Shown here piece after piece: positions 34,001 to 46,896 of a stretch of DNA of 64,000 nucleotides. The position numbers were made by a program, and so were the translations under genes. The notes under the pieces were generated by a model. It made no database searches. It worked only from the letters and a program-made list of their open reading frames with translations, and was not told the DNA's origin. Source of the DNA: Rebecca billardiae RCC1528 (Eukaryota; Protista; Haptophyta); contig OZ251228.1 in NCBI GenBank assembly GCA_965240325.2, forward strand, positions 1,364,001 to 1,428,000, read 5' to 3'. Every line of letters begins with the position of its first letter. Positions within the stretch are counted from its first letter, which is position 1.

Positions 34001-34531
34001 CGCGACCCGCCCTTGTGATGTAGTAGTAACATACTAAACTACTGCTAGCTAAATTATGCTACTATATATATAGTGCCTTCCCGGACCGCCCGCCCGGCCC
34101 GGACCGCTGCTGTGCCGCCCTCTGCTTGAGTCTTAGGACGCAGTATTGATACTGACGTAGCCGTAAGGCGTAAGCCGTCGTAGGTGGTGCTCAGTAGCCA
34201 CACGCGGCACACGCGACACACGGGCACGGTGTCTCACGCCTCACGGTCAGCCGCCCGCCGCGGCCGTCGCCGTCGGCTGGGCCCGGGACGGTCCGGCGGG
34301 ACGAGCCGACACTCGACAGCACTGCCGGCAACCCCTGCAGGACGCTGCCACCACGGATGGGCACCGGCTCAGACGCCATGGGGTAGCGGCCAGAGAGCCT
34401 GAGTGTGCGCGGGGGGGAAGCAACCCGCACGCGGCCCGCGCGCCAGCGGCTGCCTGCGGCCGATCACTCGAGCCTCTCGTGATGCAGCACAACGGCAACG
34501 CGCGCGCCGAGGTCCGCGCTTGAGAACACCT

Positions 34532-35688
34532 TCACAAGCCCAGCCCCTTCTCGAATGCGACGATCTGCTCGATGATCAGCCACGTCAGCGTGATCATAGG
34601 CGCGATACGCGTGGTGTACGTCGGGAGGCCTGCCATCGCAGCGAGACGCGTGACCAGCAGCACCCGGCGGGCGAGGATGGCATCAGCTCGCCGGCTCGAC
34701 GCGGCGCGGGCAAGCGCGCGGGCACATCGGCACGCGAGTGAGCGCGCACCAACATAGAAGCGCGTGGGGCCGTGCTCTCGCATCGTCTTGGTGATGACGT
34801 CCCACGGTCCCTTGTACGGCATCTTGCCGGTCACCGGATCGGGCTTCATGCGCTGGATCTGCGTCTTCACGTAGTCCAGGGGAAGCGAGAACACCGAGCC
34901 CACGATGCCTGCGGCGACGCGGCGCGCGCCCGGCGTCAGACGGTGGTACGGCCACCTCCCAGCGCGCGACGCGCGCGGTGGGAGCGGGGGTGCGAGGTTG
35001 TGCTCAGGCACGGAGGAGGGGCAGGCGCACCTGAGACGAAGCTACCCACGGCGATGCCCGTGCGCGAGTTGGGCGTGCCCACCACCGTGTCCACCGCCTC
35101 CTTGCACTGGTCGTACGAGGCGAGCGAGCCCACGTTGAGCGCCATCGCGCGGATCACGGTCGGGTACGAACCCGTCCACAGGGCGCCGATGCCCTCGGTG
35201 CGGACGACGCGGTAGAGCGCATCGCCGACGCCGTTGTAGTTCCTCCGCTGGTCGGCCGGCAACATCATGTCCGACTGCATGCGGATGATGGCCAGCTCTG
35301 CCGGGCAGCCAATGTATGCGCCGATCGCGCCGGCGGAGAGCCCGGCAAACGCCTTCCCCAGGAGCGGCACGGGCTTACCCTCCGTGCGCTGCTGCATCCA
35401 GTCGACGATGGAGCGGTACGCGCCCAGCCGAGCCGTCTGATACGTCCACGCGCGCAGGTAGTGCGCGGACAAGCCCGCGTAGAGCGAGCTGATCCCCTCG
35501 GTCCGCACGATGGTAGCGGCGTAGGTGAAAGGGTTTCCGCCGCCGGCGATCTGCAGCCGCGTCTTCAGCACGTCGATTGGGCTGAAGAGGGTGATGCCGA
35601 TCGTCGCCGCTGAGCCGGCGTTGACGAATGGCTTTGCCGCGAGCCACGTCGCGGAGTGTTGCGGCGCGGAGCCGCCGCCGTCCACCAT
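34532..35688 (-). CDS. Mitochondrial 2-oxoglutarate/malate or dicarboxylate carrier (SLC25); introns 34909-35030 and 34630-34749
   Basis: Three PX[DE]XX[KR]X[RQ] signatures (PIDVLKTR, PAELAIIRMQ, PLDYVKTQ), TYQTARLG, RRNYNGVGDAL. Confidence 0.93.
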
Positions 35689-36071
35689 GGTTGGCACGTG
35701 CGTGTCAGCGCCAAAAAGCCGACTCCGCCACTCCGGCGTCTGAGACTGCGCCCTGCGCTGCTTCCGGTCGTCGTCGTCGTCGGATCAACTCGCGCAACAG
35801 TCTTTCGTCGTCGTCCGGCTGGCTCAGCCTGCCTCGGTCGGTCGCGTGCGTCCGGTCGGCCAACGGTGCGCACGCTTTTATTCGAGGCTTCAGCGGCGGC
35901 GGCGGGTGACACGTGCTGCTGAAGGAATCGCATCTCCGTGGCCGGCCAGTGGCACATCGGGTGGACTTGGCAGCACAGCCCCAAGGGTGTGTGAGCAACG
36001 GGCAGCGAGCGCCGCGGGGGCTTCGGCAGAGTACTGGTGGTGAGCGCGCGCAGACCGACCGAGCAGCAGCG

Positions 36072-36999
36072 ATGGGACGCAAGGAGAAGGCCGCCAAGGC
36101 GGCCGAGGCGGCGATGAACGCCGAGCTCAACGCAGAGACCGCGCCGGAGCTCGCAGACGCGGCGGCCAAGGACATGCGGCCGGCCGCGATGGGGCAGGGT
36201 GAGGAGAAGCTGTTCGAGAAGAAGCTGACGAAGGAGGAGAGGAAGGCCCTCGCCGCGCAGAAGAAGGCGGAGCGCGACGCGAAGAAGAAGGGCCTGGACG
36301 GCGACGAGGGCGGCTCGGGCGCGGAGAACGGGGATGCGAACGGCTCGCCCGCCGCGGCCAACGGCAAGGGCAAGGGCAAGGGCAAGGGCAAGGACGGCGA
36401 GGCGAACGGGAATGGCGCGGCCGGTTCGACCATCAAGGGCCCCGGCGCGCTCGAGTCCTCCGTCGTCACCGGCGTCCTCACCTCGCGGCCCGACTCGCGC
36501 GACGTGAAGATTGAGCAGTTCTCGATCTCGGTGCACGGCAAGCAGCTCTTCGACGACTGCACGTTCGAGCTGAACTACGGCCGGCGGTACGGGCTGATCG
36601 GGCTGAACGGCTCGGGCAAGTCGACGCTGCTCTCGGTGCTCGCGGCGCGCATGGTCGACATCCCCGAGCACGTGGACATCTGGCACCTGCACACGGAGGC
36701 GCAGCCGTCGGAGCGCACCGCGCTCGAGGCGGTGATCGACGTCGTGCGCGACGAGCAGAAGCGGCTCGAGGCGCTGGAGGAGAAGGTGCTCGAGGAGGAG
36801 GGCGGCGACTCGCCCCAGCTCGAGTCGATCTACGAGCGCCTCGAGAAGCTCGACCCGGCCACCTTCGAGAAGCGCGCGGGCGAGCTGCTGCACGGGCTCG
36901 GCTTCACGCTGCCGCAGATGCACAAGATGACTAAGGACATGTCTGGCGGGTGGCGGATGCGCGTGGCGCTGGCGCAGGCGCTGTTCGTCTCGCCGGCGC

Positions 37000-37038
<39 letters not shown>

Positions 37039-38472
37039 GTGCGTGCGTCTGGCTCGAGAACTACCTCTCCACGTACCCGCGCTGCCTGCTGGTGATCTCG
37101 CACTCGCAGGATTTTCTGAACGGCGTCTGCACCAACATCATGCACCTGACGAACCAGGGCAAGCTGATGTACTACGGCGGGAACTACGACACGTTCGTGC
37201 GCACGCGGCAGGAGAACGAGGTCAACCAGATGAAGCGGTACGAGAAGGAGCAGGCCGACATCAAGCACATCAAGGAGTTCATCGCGTCATGCGGCACCTA
37301 TGCGAACATGCGCAAGCAGGTGCGCGCGCGGAGCGGCGCGCGCAGAGCGGCGCGCGCGGCCGAGGGCCCGAGGGCGAGCGGGCGCTGAGCGGCGAGCGCG
37401 CCCGCGCCGCCGGTGCGCGCGCGCGCCCGTCCGCAGGCCGAGTCGAAGCAGAAGATCATCGACAAGATGGTCGAGGCCGGCCTCGTGCAGAAGGTGCTGG
37501 CAGACCCTGTGTACCGCTTCAAGTTCCCGGCGTGCGACACGCTGCCGCCGCCCGTGCTCGGCTTCAAAGAGGTCTCGTTCTCCTACTCGGGGAAGAAGGA
37601 GGACTACCTGTACCAGAACCTCAACTTCGGCGTGGACCTGGACTCGCGCATCGCGCTCGTCGGGCCCAACGGCGCGGGCAAGTCGACGCTGCTCAAGCTG
37701 ATGCTCGGCTGGATCTCCCCGTGCGAGGGCGACATTGCGCGGAACGGTCACCTGCGCATCGGCCAGTACAACCAGCACTCCGAGGACCAGCTCGACCTGC
37801 AGAAGTCGCCGTACGAGTTCCTGCGCGGGCTGTACCCGGATGGCGTGGTCACGGAGAAGGGCGTCGAGAAGTGGGATCTCGAGCAGTGGCGGCAGCGACT
37901 GGGCCAGTTCGGTGCGCACGCGCCGCGCGCTCGCGCGCTCGCGCGCCGCGGGCTCTGCGCTTTGGCGGTCGGCGGCGCCCGCGGTCCGCTCAACGGCGCG
38001 GTGCGTGCGCACCTCCCCGCTCGGGCGCAGGCATCACGGGCGACCGGCAGCTGGACCCGATGTACAAGATGTCGCACGGCTTCCTCACGCGCGTCGTCTT
38101 CTGCCTCATCTCGCTGCGCAACCCGCACATCCTGCTGCTGGACGAGCCGACCAACCACTTGGACATGACGTGCATCGACTCGCTCGCCGAGGCGATCAAC
38201 GCGTTCCCCGGTGGGCTGGTCCTCGTCTCGCACGACTTCAGATTGATCTCGCAGGTGGCTAAGGAGATCTGGGTGTGCGACAACAAGAGTGTCGGCCCGT
38301 GGAAGGTGCGCGCGCGCCCTCGGGCCCACACGCTCGCCGCGGCCGCGGCTCGCCGCTCGCCTCCGCGCGCCTGGGCCGCTCACGCTTGGCCGTGCGCGCC
38401 CGCACCCGCCTCGGCACGCAGGGCGACATCCAGTCGTACAAGAAGCACCTGCGCAAGCAGATGGGCCTGTAA
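36072..38472 (+). CDS. ABCF2: ABC-F translation factor; introns 37320-37436, 37912-38030, 38306-38421
   Basis: Two NBDs (GLNGSGKS, MSGGWRMR, LDEPTNHLD; GPNGAGKS, LDEPTNHLD), no TM domains; linker HIKEFIASCGTYANMRKQAESKQKIIDKM. Confidence 0.93.
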
Positions 38473-38692
38473 GCCACGCGGCGTGCCTGCTGGCGCCTAA
38501 GACGACGGGCTGCTGTGGACTGACGGGCGGTGCCAGGCTCCGCCCGACCCGCGTTCGGGCCCACCTGGGCAGCGGCAGCCGGGCCGGGTTGGTCAAAAAC
38601 CTCATCATCAAAATGAAAGCGCGCTCGCGCCTGACGCCGCCGAGAGCCCTTCAGGACTGCTTCAGCTCTGGTTCATCAGACCGGCAGACTCC

Positions 38693-38768
38693 GGCTGGCC
38701 AGGGTAGGGCTGGAGGCTTCGGCCGCCAGTCTGATCACCCGGAGCCCGTTATAATAAAGGGGAATTTA
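38693..38768. repeat. Dispersed copy of the inner-element terminal repeat
   Basis: GGCTGGCCAGGGTAGGGCTGGA..GGCTTCGGCCGCCAGTCTGATCACCCGGAGCCCGTTATA..GGGAATTTA matches the reverse complement of 20997-21075. Confidence 0.8.
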
Positions 38769-38944
38769 CACTCCGATGAGATTGAGAGTGCCACAGGCCG
38801 TTCGTGGATCGGATCAATGAGCTCGTGCAGTATTTGATCCTATCAAAAGCGGGTATACAGTCGAGATTTCTTAGCCCCCACGACCTTCATGCTGCCTCGA
38901 AAGTCCGGTGGCTGGGCCTCGGAGCTCGCGTGGTCCGCCGAGGG

Positions 38945-39507
38945 ATGGCAGCAGCGTGGCAGCCCAGTCCAGAGGGCCTCGCCCAGCTTCTGGGCCTATT
39001 CAGAAGCTCGACGAGCGCGACGAATGACCAGCATCGGCAGATACAACAGGTGCGTACCGCCCCCCTTCCCCGCTCGGCGTGCCCCCACTCCGCACGCCGC
39101 GCGCGCCGCGGCGCTGATGGGCCGCCGTTGGTCTGCTCTTGTGCGCGGATACCCTTGGCGTGCAGCAACTGGTGAGCTTCAACTCGATCCCGGACTACAA
39201 CAACTACCTGGTGTACATTGTCAACCACCTGCGGGAAGAGGACCCCAACGTGCGGCAGATGGCGGGGTTGGTACGCGCAGGCCGGCTGCGGCGTGCACTC
39301 ACGCCGCCGCACGAATCGCACGCGATCCTGCCGCGGGCAACGTGGGTCTGACCGCGCGCGCGCGCGGCGGCGCAGGTGCTGAAAAACAACGTGAAAGACC
39401 ACTGGCTCAAGCTCCCGCCCGAGGTCCACGCCTACGTCAAGGTGCGGCCGCGCGCGCGCGCGCGCTAGCACGCAGCGCGGCCGCAGCGCCACTCGCACTC
39501 GCTCGCT

Positions 39508-39559
<52 letters not shown>

Positions 39560-42536
39560 AGCCCACGCTCACGGCGCGAGCGCGCGGCACCTGCCCGCCC
39601 GGCGGCGTCCCCGCGCGCCGCGCCTCGCGCGCAGGAGAACCTGATCGGCAGCGTCGGCGACCCGTCGCCCTTCATCCGCTCGACCGTCGGCTCGTGCGTG
39701 ACGACTGTCGTGACGGCGGGCGCGGGCGCGGGCGGGCTCGAGGCGTGGCCAGAGCTGATCCCGATGCTGTACCAGCTGCTCGACTCGCCCGACGCGAACC
39801 AGGTGGAGGGCGCGTACGGCGCGCTGCACAAGATCTGCGAGGACTCCGCCGACGCGCTCGCGCTGCAGCCCGGCCAGCCCGCACTCAACACGCTCATCCC
39901 GAAGTTCCTCGCGTCGTTTGCGTCGCCGTCAGAGTACGTGCGCAAGATGGCGCTGGGCTGCGTGAACCAGTTCGTGCAGGTGATGGCGGAGGCGCTGGCG
40001 AGCAACCTGGACACGTACCTCAAGGGCCTCTTCGCGCTCGCCGCCGACCCCTCGCCCGAGGTGCGCAAGCGAGTGTGCCAGGCGCTCGTGATGCTGCTGG
40101 ACGTGCACCTCGACTGCCTGCTGCCGCACATGAAGCAGGTGATCGAGTACATGCTCATCTCGACCAAGGACGCGGACGAGCTGGTCGCGCTCGAGGCGTG
40201 CGAGTTCTGGTCGGCGATCTGCGAGACCCGCGTCGCGAAGGAATACCTCGCCGAGTATCTCCCGCGCCTCGTCCCCGTGCTGCTCGACGGGATGGTGTAC
40301 ACCGAGTTTGACCTGATGATGCTCGGTGTCGACGAGGACGACGACGAGCACGTCGCCGACCGCCCCGAGGACATCAAGCCCAAGTTCCACCGCGCGAAGG
40401 TGGCGGGTGGCGGCGGCGGCGGCGGCGAGGGCGGCGGCGGCTCCGCCGAGGCCGGCGCCGCCGGCGCCGTCGAGGCCGGCGCGCACGAGGACGACGACGA
40501 GGACGAGGACGACGAGGACGAGGACGTGCTCGAGTGGAACCTGCGCAAGTGCAGCGCGTCCGGACTCGACATCCTGTCCGGACTCTTCGGGCGCGACGTG
40601 CTGCCGACGCTGCTGCCGACGCTGCAGGCCAAGCTGAGCGCGGAGAAGTGGGAGGTGCGCGAGTCCGCCATCCTCGCGCTCGGCGCCATCGCCGAGGGCT
40701 GCATGGAGCACATGACTGACTACCTCCCCCAGCTCGTGCCGTGGCTGATCTCGACCCTCTCCGACACGAAGCCGCTCATCCGCTCGATGACGTGCTGGAC
40801 GCTCTCGCGGTACGCCAAGTGGATCGTGCACACGCAGCCGCACGAGGCGTACTACCAGCCGCTGCTGCAGGAGCTGCTCAAGCGCGTGCTCGACACGAAT
40901 AAGAAGGTGCAGGAGGCGGCGTGCTCGGCGTTTGCCACGGTCGAGGAGGAGGCGGCCGCGCTGCTGGTGCCCTACCTCGGCCCCATCCTGCAGAACCTGA
41001 TGTTTGCCTTCTCCAAGTACCAGGCAAAGAACCTGCTGATTCTGTACGACGCGATCGGCACGCTCGCGGACGCGGTGGGCTCGGCGCTATGCAAGCCCGA
41101 GCTCGTGCAGATGCTGATGCCGCCGCTGATCGCCAAATGGAACGAGCTCGCCGACGAGGACCGCGGCCTCTTCCCGCTGCTCGAGTGCCTCACCTCGATC
41201 GCGCAGGCGCTGGGGATCGGCTTCTACGACTACACCGAGCCGGTGTTCGCGCGGTGCCTGAGGCTGATCGAGAAGAATCTTAAGCCCTCCGACCCGAACG
41301 CGCCCGAGGGCGAGGGGCCCGACGGCGAGTTCGTCGTGTGCGCGCTCGACCTCACGTCGGGCCTCGCCGAGGCGATCGGCGCGTCGCTCGAGCCGCTCGT
41401 CGCAAACTCGACGCTCATCCCGCTGCTGTACGAGAGCATGCGCGCCGAGCAGGCGGACATCCGCCAGTCCGCGTACGCGCTCGTCGGCGACCTCGCAAAG
41501 GCGTGCCCCAACGCGCTCAAGCCCGTGGTCAAGGACTTCATGCCGCTGCTGCTCGCGCAGCTCAACCAGGAGCTCGTGTCTGTGTGCAACAACGCCGCGT
41601 GGGCGATTGGAGAGATCGCCGTCAAGGCGCGCGCGCGGCGCGTGCGCGTGCGCGTGCGCGTGCGGGCCGCCGCCTGGCGCGCGTCCGCCCGCGCGCGCGG
41701 CGCCGCGCCGCTCACCACGTGCCGCCCGCGCGCGCGCCCGGTGCGTGCGCTTGCGAACGTGCGTGCATGGTGCGTGCATGGTGCGTGCGTGCGTGCGTGC
41801 GTGCGCAGGTGGGCAGTGACGTGCGGCCATGGGTGAACGACCTGATCGCCCAGCTCGTGCCCATCATGACGCGCCCCAACCTCAACAAGAGCCTGCTGGA
41901 GAACACGGCCATCACCATCGGCCGGCTAGGTGCGGCTCGCGCGCGCGCGGACGGCGCGGCGCGCACCGCCGATCACACCACCGCCACCGCCCACCGCACG
42001 GCCGCGGTGGACTGACTCCTGTGGCGCTCGCGGCCGCGCGCCGCCCCTCGCGCCCGCCGTGCCCCCAGGACTCGTGGCGCCAGACTTGGTGGCGCCGCTG
42101 CTCGATCAGTTCGTGCAGCCGTGGTGCAGCTCGCTGCGGAACATCCGCGACGACATCGAAAAGGTGCGCGGCTGCGCTGCCTACGGCAGCGGCAGCGGCG
42201 GTGCCGTGCGGCTGCGCGCGCGGGACGGCCGTGGCGGTAGCGGCGCGCGAGCTCACGCGCGCCCCTCCCCTCGGCACGCACGCGCCACCGCAGGAGCACG
42301 CGTTCACCGGCCTGTGCGAGATGATCAAGCTCAACCCGCGCGGGGTCATCAACCAGTTCGCACACCTCTGCGACGCGATCGCCAGCTGGCAAAACCCGCC
42401 AGCCGAGCTCAACGAAATGTTCCGGCAGATTCTCGTCGGATACAAGTCGTCCGTCGCGGCGGACGCGTGGGTGCAGTACTACGGGACATTCCCGGAATAC
42501 ATGCGCACGCGATTAACCGAGCGCTACCAGATCTGA
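38945..42536 (+). CDS. TNPO1: Transportin-1 (karyopherin beta2); introns 39050-39165, 39271-39375, 39442-39634, 41627-41808 (GC-AG), 41930-42068, 42164-42293
   Basis: WQPSPEGL, AGL|VLKNN, VALEACEFW, acidic H8 loop with DIKPKFH, WNLRKCSA, VQEAACSAFA, NNAAWAIGEI, ENTAITIGRLG. Confidence 0.95.
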
Positions 42537-42943
42537 GCGGTGGTCGTGCGCGCGCTCCACTCACCAGGCGACCCGGGCACAGGCTCGATCATCACATGGG
42601 CGTCAGGCGGAACGCGCGGCACGCTGCGCGGCAGTGTGGGTTGCCGCAGTGGCCTGTGCTGTGCGCCGGCTGCCGAGCCGCCGGGGCCTTGTCCTTGATC
42701 ATGCTGGATGCACCACCTCGTCGTCAGCCTTGGTGCTCGTCGTCGTTACATTGATCTGTACAATATATATAGTAGTAACTATCTGTAGCATGTCACGGCT
42801 GAGCGCTGCGTGTCGATCGGTTATTAAGACTTTATAAATCATTGAATCTTACTAATAACTGTAATTACTATATGCGCGCATTCATATGCATGCAATTGTT
42901 TCAATGACGATGACGACACGGCATCATCAATAATAATGTCGTC

Positions 42944-45900
42944 TGTCAGGGAACGCGTCTCGAGGCTTGACGGTCGCGAGGTCGGTCGACGGCTTCGGCT
43001 CTTATTTGCGGTGGAGAGCACAGCTAGTTCGTGGTGCTCGGCTCATGTTTCCGCGTTCATTCAGAATCATCTGGAATACTTCGAGATGCCGCCGCCAGCC
43101 ATGCTGTCCTGCTGTATTTTAGGATGAGGTTCAGGTTGATTTTGGAGGATTCTGTGCGAGCGCCGCCGCAGCGGTCGCGCCGCCACTGTGTGACTGCGAG
43201 TAAAATGTTGGATTGGAAATTGGAAATCACTGTAGATTGGCGATTCCTTTGACACCCCCCCTCAATCCAATATGCGCTCGTCTGTGAGGACTAAGCTTGG
43301 ATTATGAGTGATTTTGGGCTTGGTATTGTTTGTGCATCTGTGTGCATGAGTGAATTGGAGTCAGTAATGGTTGCCAATGCCAGGATACGGGTCATGTGCT
43401 GGGACTTCCGTGTGACGGTTTTGAGTAACCCGAGTCAGTCCTGGGCTTATTTGCACCATATGTTCACTCTTTGGCCTTGATTTTGGACCTTGTTATTGGG
43501 TCATGCCCTGCCTTGATAGTTAATCATAGGCATCCGGAGCAGGAATATCCAGGAAATGGATACGCTCCTTGGGGAATTTGTTGGCTCCCTTGTTTTTGCC
43601 TTTGTTGTAATTGTTGGCCTTGGGGCGTAGCTCTGGGTGGAGCTTCCAACACTGCTGGGCAGTATGGTTCTTGAGACCACAGTGAGTGCACCGTTTGCCG
43701 GTGTCCGAGTTATTCGGCCCGCTCTCGCCATTGGCTGGAGCCTTTTGGGCCTGAGCGGCGAAGACTTCGGCGCCCTCAAAGTCACCGCGTCGCCGCGTGC
43801 CTTGCTGATAATCAGCATTTTGGCGTATCTTGGAATAATTTTCGGTCTCTCTCCCCTTGGTATTGTTCTGATGGAGTAGCTTCATTGAGCCGTGCCGTTT
43901 GTAGGCATCTTCCATCTGGGCCATTATCTGGTCAGTGTTATCCACACATTGCTCGGGCGTGAGCGCTCCGAAGTGCGAGATAACTGACTCGTAGACTTGG
44001 GGATGGTCGTGCATGCTGTTATACAGCTTGAAGACCAACATCGTAGCATCGTCCAGATTCCCATATCGAGATGAGCGGACTTGCTCGACGGATTTCTTGA
44101 TAATGTCCGATGCGCCAATGGGCGACACCTTTGTCGGGTATAACTTCAGGAATTCATCCCTGAGTTCGGACATAGTTGTGATCTTGAGCTCGCGCTCAAA
44201 TATCTGTAGCAGCAGCGCCAGATCCAAGTAGTTCTTGGTCGGATCGCTGATGTGCAGCTTCGATTCCAGATAGGCGAATAACTGAGGCTCAATAGAGTCC
44301 TTCAGCTGCTTGAATATCGCTGCCGCAGATCGATCGTAGACCGATCCGATCTTGTTGGCGTCAGCGTTGTCAGCCTTGTATGGATCGATTTTGGCTGCGT
44401 CTTTCACCCATTTGTCTTTGGCAATGAGTTGAAAGCCGGATAGCTTGCTATCCTTGGGCTCCATTATGTCAGGTGTGACATCTGAGGATTTGCCCTTGTA
44501 GTAGGTGCTCACTTCTGCGAGTGCATCCCGTATCGCGCTGTGTACCGCGCGCTTGGATTTCAGAGCCGACTGTGTCAGCTTGTGTGTGGCGGGTGTATCC
44601 ACTCCTGCCGAAGATTCGCGTGCCATGAACACACGTTCCTTCTTGGTTGGATTAGAGTCTGTGACTCCTCCTTCGATGACTATCCAGTCACGTTTCTTCG
44701 ACTCAAGTGCATTGGTCGATGTGTCGCGCGCGCTCTGTGGCGATTCGCGCTCTACCTTCGAGCGAGGAGTGACCCTCGTCGAGGCTGTGGTGCCTTCTTT
44801 GGGCTTCTTCACGCTCGTTCTGTCCAGCGGTGATGCATGTGCATCCGCGGCAGCTTCGGCGGAATACTCTTCCTTGCAAGAGTGTGGCGTTGTGATGGCT
44901 GACGCAGCTGATGCATGCGCACGCGCGTCGCGCTCGCCAACTTGGTTTTGCTGCGGCTTTGCCGTCAAGCAGGTGTATGATGCCCCCCCTGCATCGCATG
45001 CGCTTCCTACGTTCGACGCGAGTCGATACGTGCCAGACGAGGACTCTGCCGTCTCTGCGGCGGTCATCTCGCGGCTGCTTGTGTCGCTCGTGGCGAGCAG
45101 CTCGGCTTCGGAAGCCATCGTGAGTCTGGTAATTTTGGGGTAAACGTATTTGTTTGGGTCAGGCGCATCAACAATAAATGCGGCCGCTGACTTAATGCTT
45201 GAGTTCGCTGTGACAGAGTCACGCGTCGTCGCATCTTGGAGCATAGTTTGCTCTGCCAGACCATACAGGTCGTTTGAGTCGCACTCATCGGTGCTAACAA
45301 GGTCATCGTTCGATCGGTCAGACTCAGACACAGAGTCGTGCGAGCGAGGCTGCAGACTGACTGCGGTCACGACCGCGCTGTCATTGGCGGCGGCCAGAAG
45401 GCCAGCACGCCGAGCAGCGTTGGCAGGCTCGAGGGCCTCGACGGTCGGAGCGGCATCAGCGGCAGCAGCGTCGAGCGCTACATCTGCCCCGGAACGCTCG
45501 GTGACCTCGTTCGATGACTCGGAGGCCGCAAGGCACTCCTTGAGCTGCGGGCTCTCAGCCGCGCGCTCTTGAACCGCGCTCGCGGGCGCAGAGTCCCGGG
45601 CGGTAGTTGTTGAGATCCCCTGCGCAACGACGTGCGTGCGGATGGAGTGGCGCGATGGCGGGGGATGCGAGCGGCAACGCTCCTCCTCACCGCGCTGTGC
45701 GCGAACCTCCTCCTCAAGGTGATCCTTGATGTCGGCTCGAGGCCTTGCGTGCGATGCAGCATTGCGCGCATACGACACGATGCTGCCTGAGTTCAGGTCA
45801 GCGATGTTGCCAGGCCCGGAGGCGCTGGAGATGGGCTTGCGGAGAAGCGTGAGCTTCTCGCCTTGCCGGTTCTTCTCAGCCTGCATGCCCCTCAGGGCAG

Positions 45901-46400
45901 CCGCGAGGTAGTCTGGCGTGCGCTTGCGCGCAACCGCCGATGAGCCGCGCGGCATTGCCGCGCGCTCGGCCACGCCTGGCTTCAACCCAATGAGGGGAGC
46001 AACTGGGGCGGGCTGACGGCCGTTCACGTCCTTGCCGCTGTTCTCGTCGTCTCCATCCTTGCCCAAGTTCTCCCAGCACCGAGCTAGCATGTCAGGGAAC
46101 GCGTCTCGAGGCTTGACGGTCGCGAGGTCGGTCGACGGCTTCGGCTCTTATTTGCGGTGGAGAGCACAGCTAGTTCGTGGTGCTCGGCTCATGTTTCCGC
46201 GTTCATTCAGAATCATCTGGAATACTTCGAGATGCCGCCGCCAGCCATGCTGTCCTGCTGTATTTTAGGATGAGGTTCAGGTTGATTTTGGAGGATTCTG
46301 TGCGAGCGCCGCCGCAGCGGTCGCGCCGCCACTGTGTGACTGCGAGTAAAATGTTGGATTGGAAATTGGAAATCACTGTAGATTGGCGATTCCTTTGACA
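42944..46400 (-). mobile_element. Non-autonomous gag-only LTR retrotransposon (copia-like)
   Basis: 311-bp TG...CA LTRs at 42944-43254 and 46090-46400, apparently identical; 5-bp TSD TCGTC; PPT TTGAGGGGGGG next to the 3' LTR on the minus strand. Confidence 0.93.
43520..46090 (-). CDS. Gag-like protein with CCHC zinc knuckle, no pol
   Basis: 856-aa ORF with CTHCGLKNHTAQQCWKLHPELRP; no RT, RNase H or integrase motifs. The true start is uncertain. Confidence 0.8.
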   Translation of the reverse strand: MLARCWENLGKDGDDENSGKDVNGRQPAPVAPLIGLKPGVAERAAMPRGSSAVARKRTPDYLAAALRGMQAEKNRQGEKLTLLRKPISSASGPGNIADLNSGSIVSYARNAASHARPRADIKDHLEEEVRAQRGEEERCRSHPPPSRHSIRTHVVAQGISTTTARDSAPASAVQERAAESPQLKECLAASESSNEVTERSGADVALDAAAADAAPTVEALEPANAARRAGLLAAANDSAVVTAVSLQPRSHDSVSESDRSNDDLVSTDECDSNDLYGLAEQTMLQDATTRDSVTANSSIKSAAAFIVDAPDPNKYVYPKITRLTMASEAELLATSDTSSREMTAAETAESSSGTYRLASNVGSACDAGGASYTCLTAKPQQNQVGERDARAHASAASAITTPHSCKEEYSAEAAADAHASPLDRTSVKKPKEGTTASTRVTPRSKVERESPQSARDTSTNALESKKRDWIVIEGGVTDSNPTKKERVFMARESSAGVDTPATHKLTQSALKSKRAVHSAIRDALAEVSTYYKGKSSDVTPDIMEPKDSKLSGFQLIAKDKWVKDAAKIDPYKADNADANKIGSVYDRSAAAIFKQLKDSIEPQLFAYLESKLHISDPTKNYLDLALLLQIFERELKITTMSELRDEFLKLYPTKVSPIGASDIIKKSVEQVRSSRYGNLDDATMLVFKLYNSMHDHPQVYESVISHFGALTPEQCVDNTDQIMAQMEDAYKRHGSMKLLHQNNTKGRETENYSKIRQNADYQQGTRRRGDFEGAEVFAAQAQKAPANGESGPNNSDTGKRCTHCGLKNHTAQQCWKLHPELRPKANNYNKGKNKGANKFPKERIHFLDIPAPDAYD

Positions 46401-46896
46401 TCGTCTTATAAAAAATGATGACGCCGTGCGGATGGCGTGATTTCGTCATAAGAACCAGAGTCGTCAATCAGCTGTAGTAGTCGTTTAATCATGCTGACAG
46501 CTGACTCGGAGCTGATTATCCGACTAGATGACGGCTGCGCTTATTAATAATAATAGTAATATTAATATAACTATAATAAGTTGATCTAGATCTAGCAGTA
46601 TAGTGTCAGGCTGCAGCGCACTCCGATACGCATCAAGCCCGCGCAGCCCGCCGGCGCCTGGCCGGCCGCCGCCCAGCCGCGGGCCCGCGCCAGGCCCCGG
46701 GGCTGATGATCCGCGGGGATGACCCATGACGGTCGTGAACCGCCAGACGCCAGCCACCAGGCTTCGCCTTCGCGAGTCTGGCGAGACACGAGTCCGGGCC
46801 AGCCACGGCACCCTGCTGCCATCGTGCCGCCGAGCCGCGATCGTCTTTGACGGAGACGACCTGCGACCAAGCCTTGCGACGGACCCAGTCAACCGG

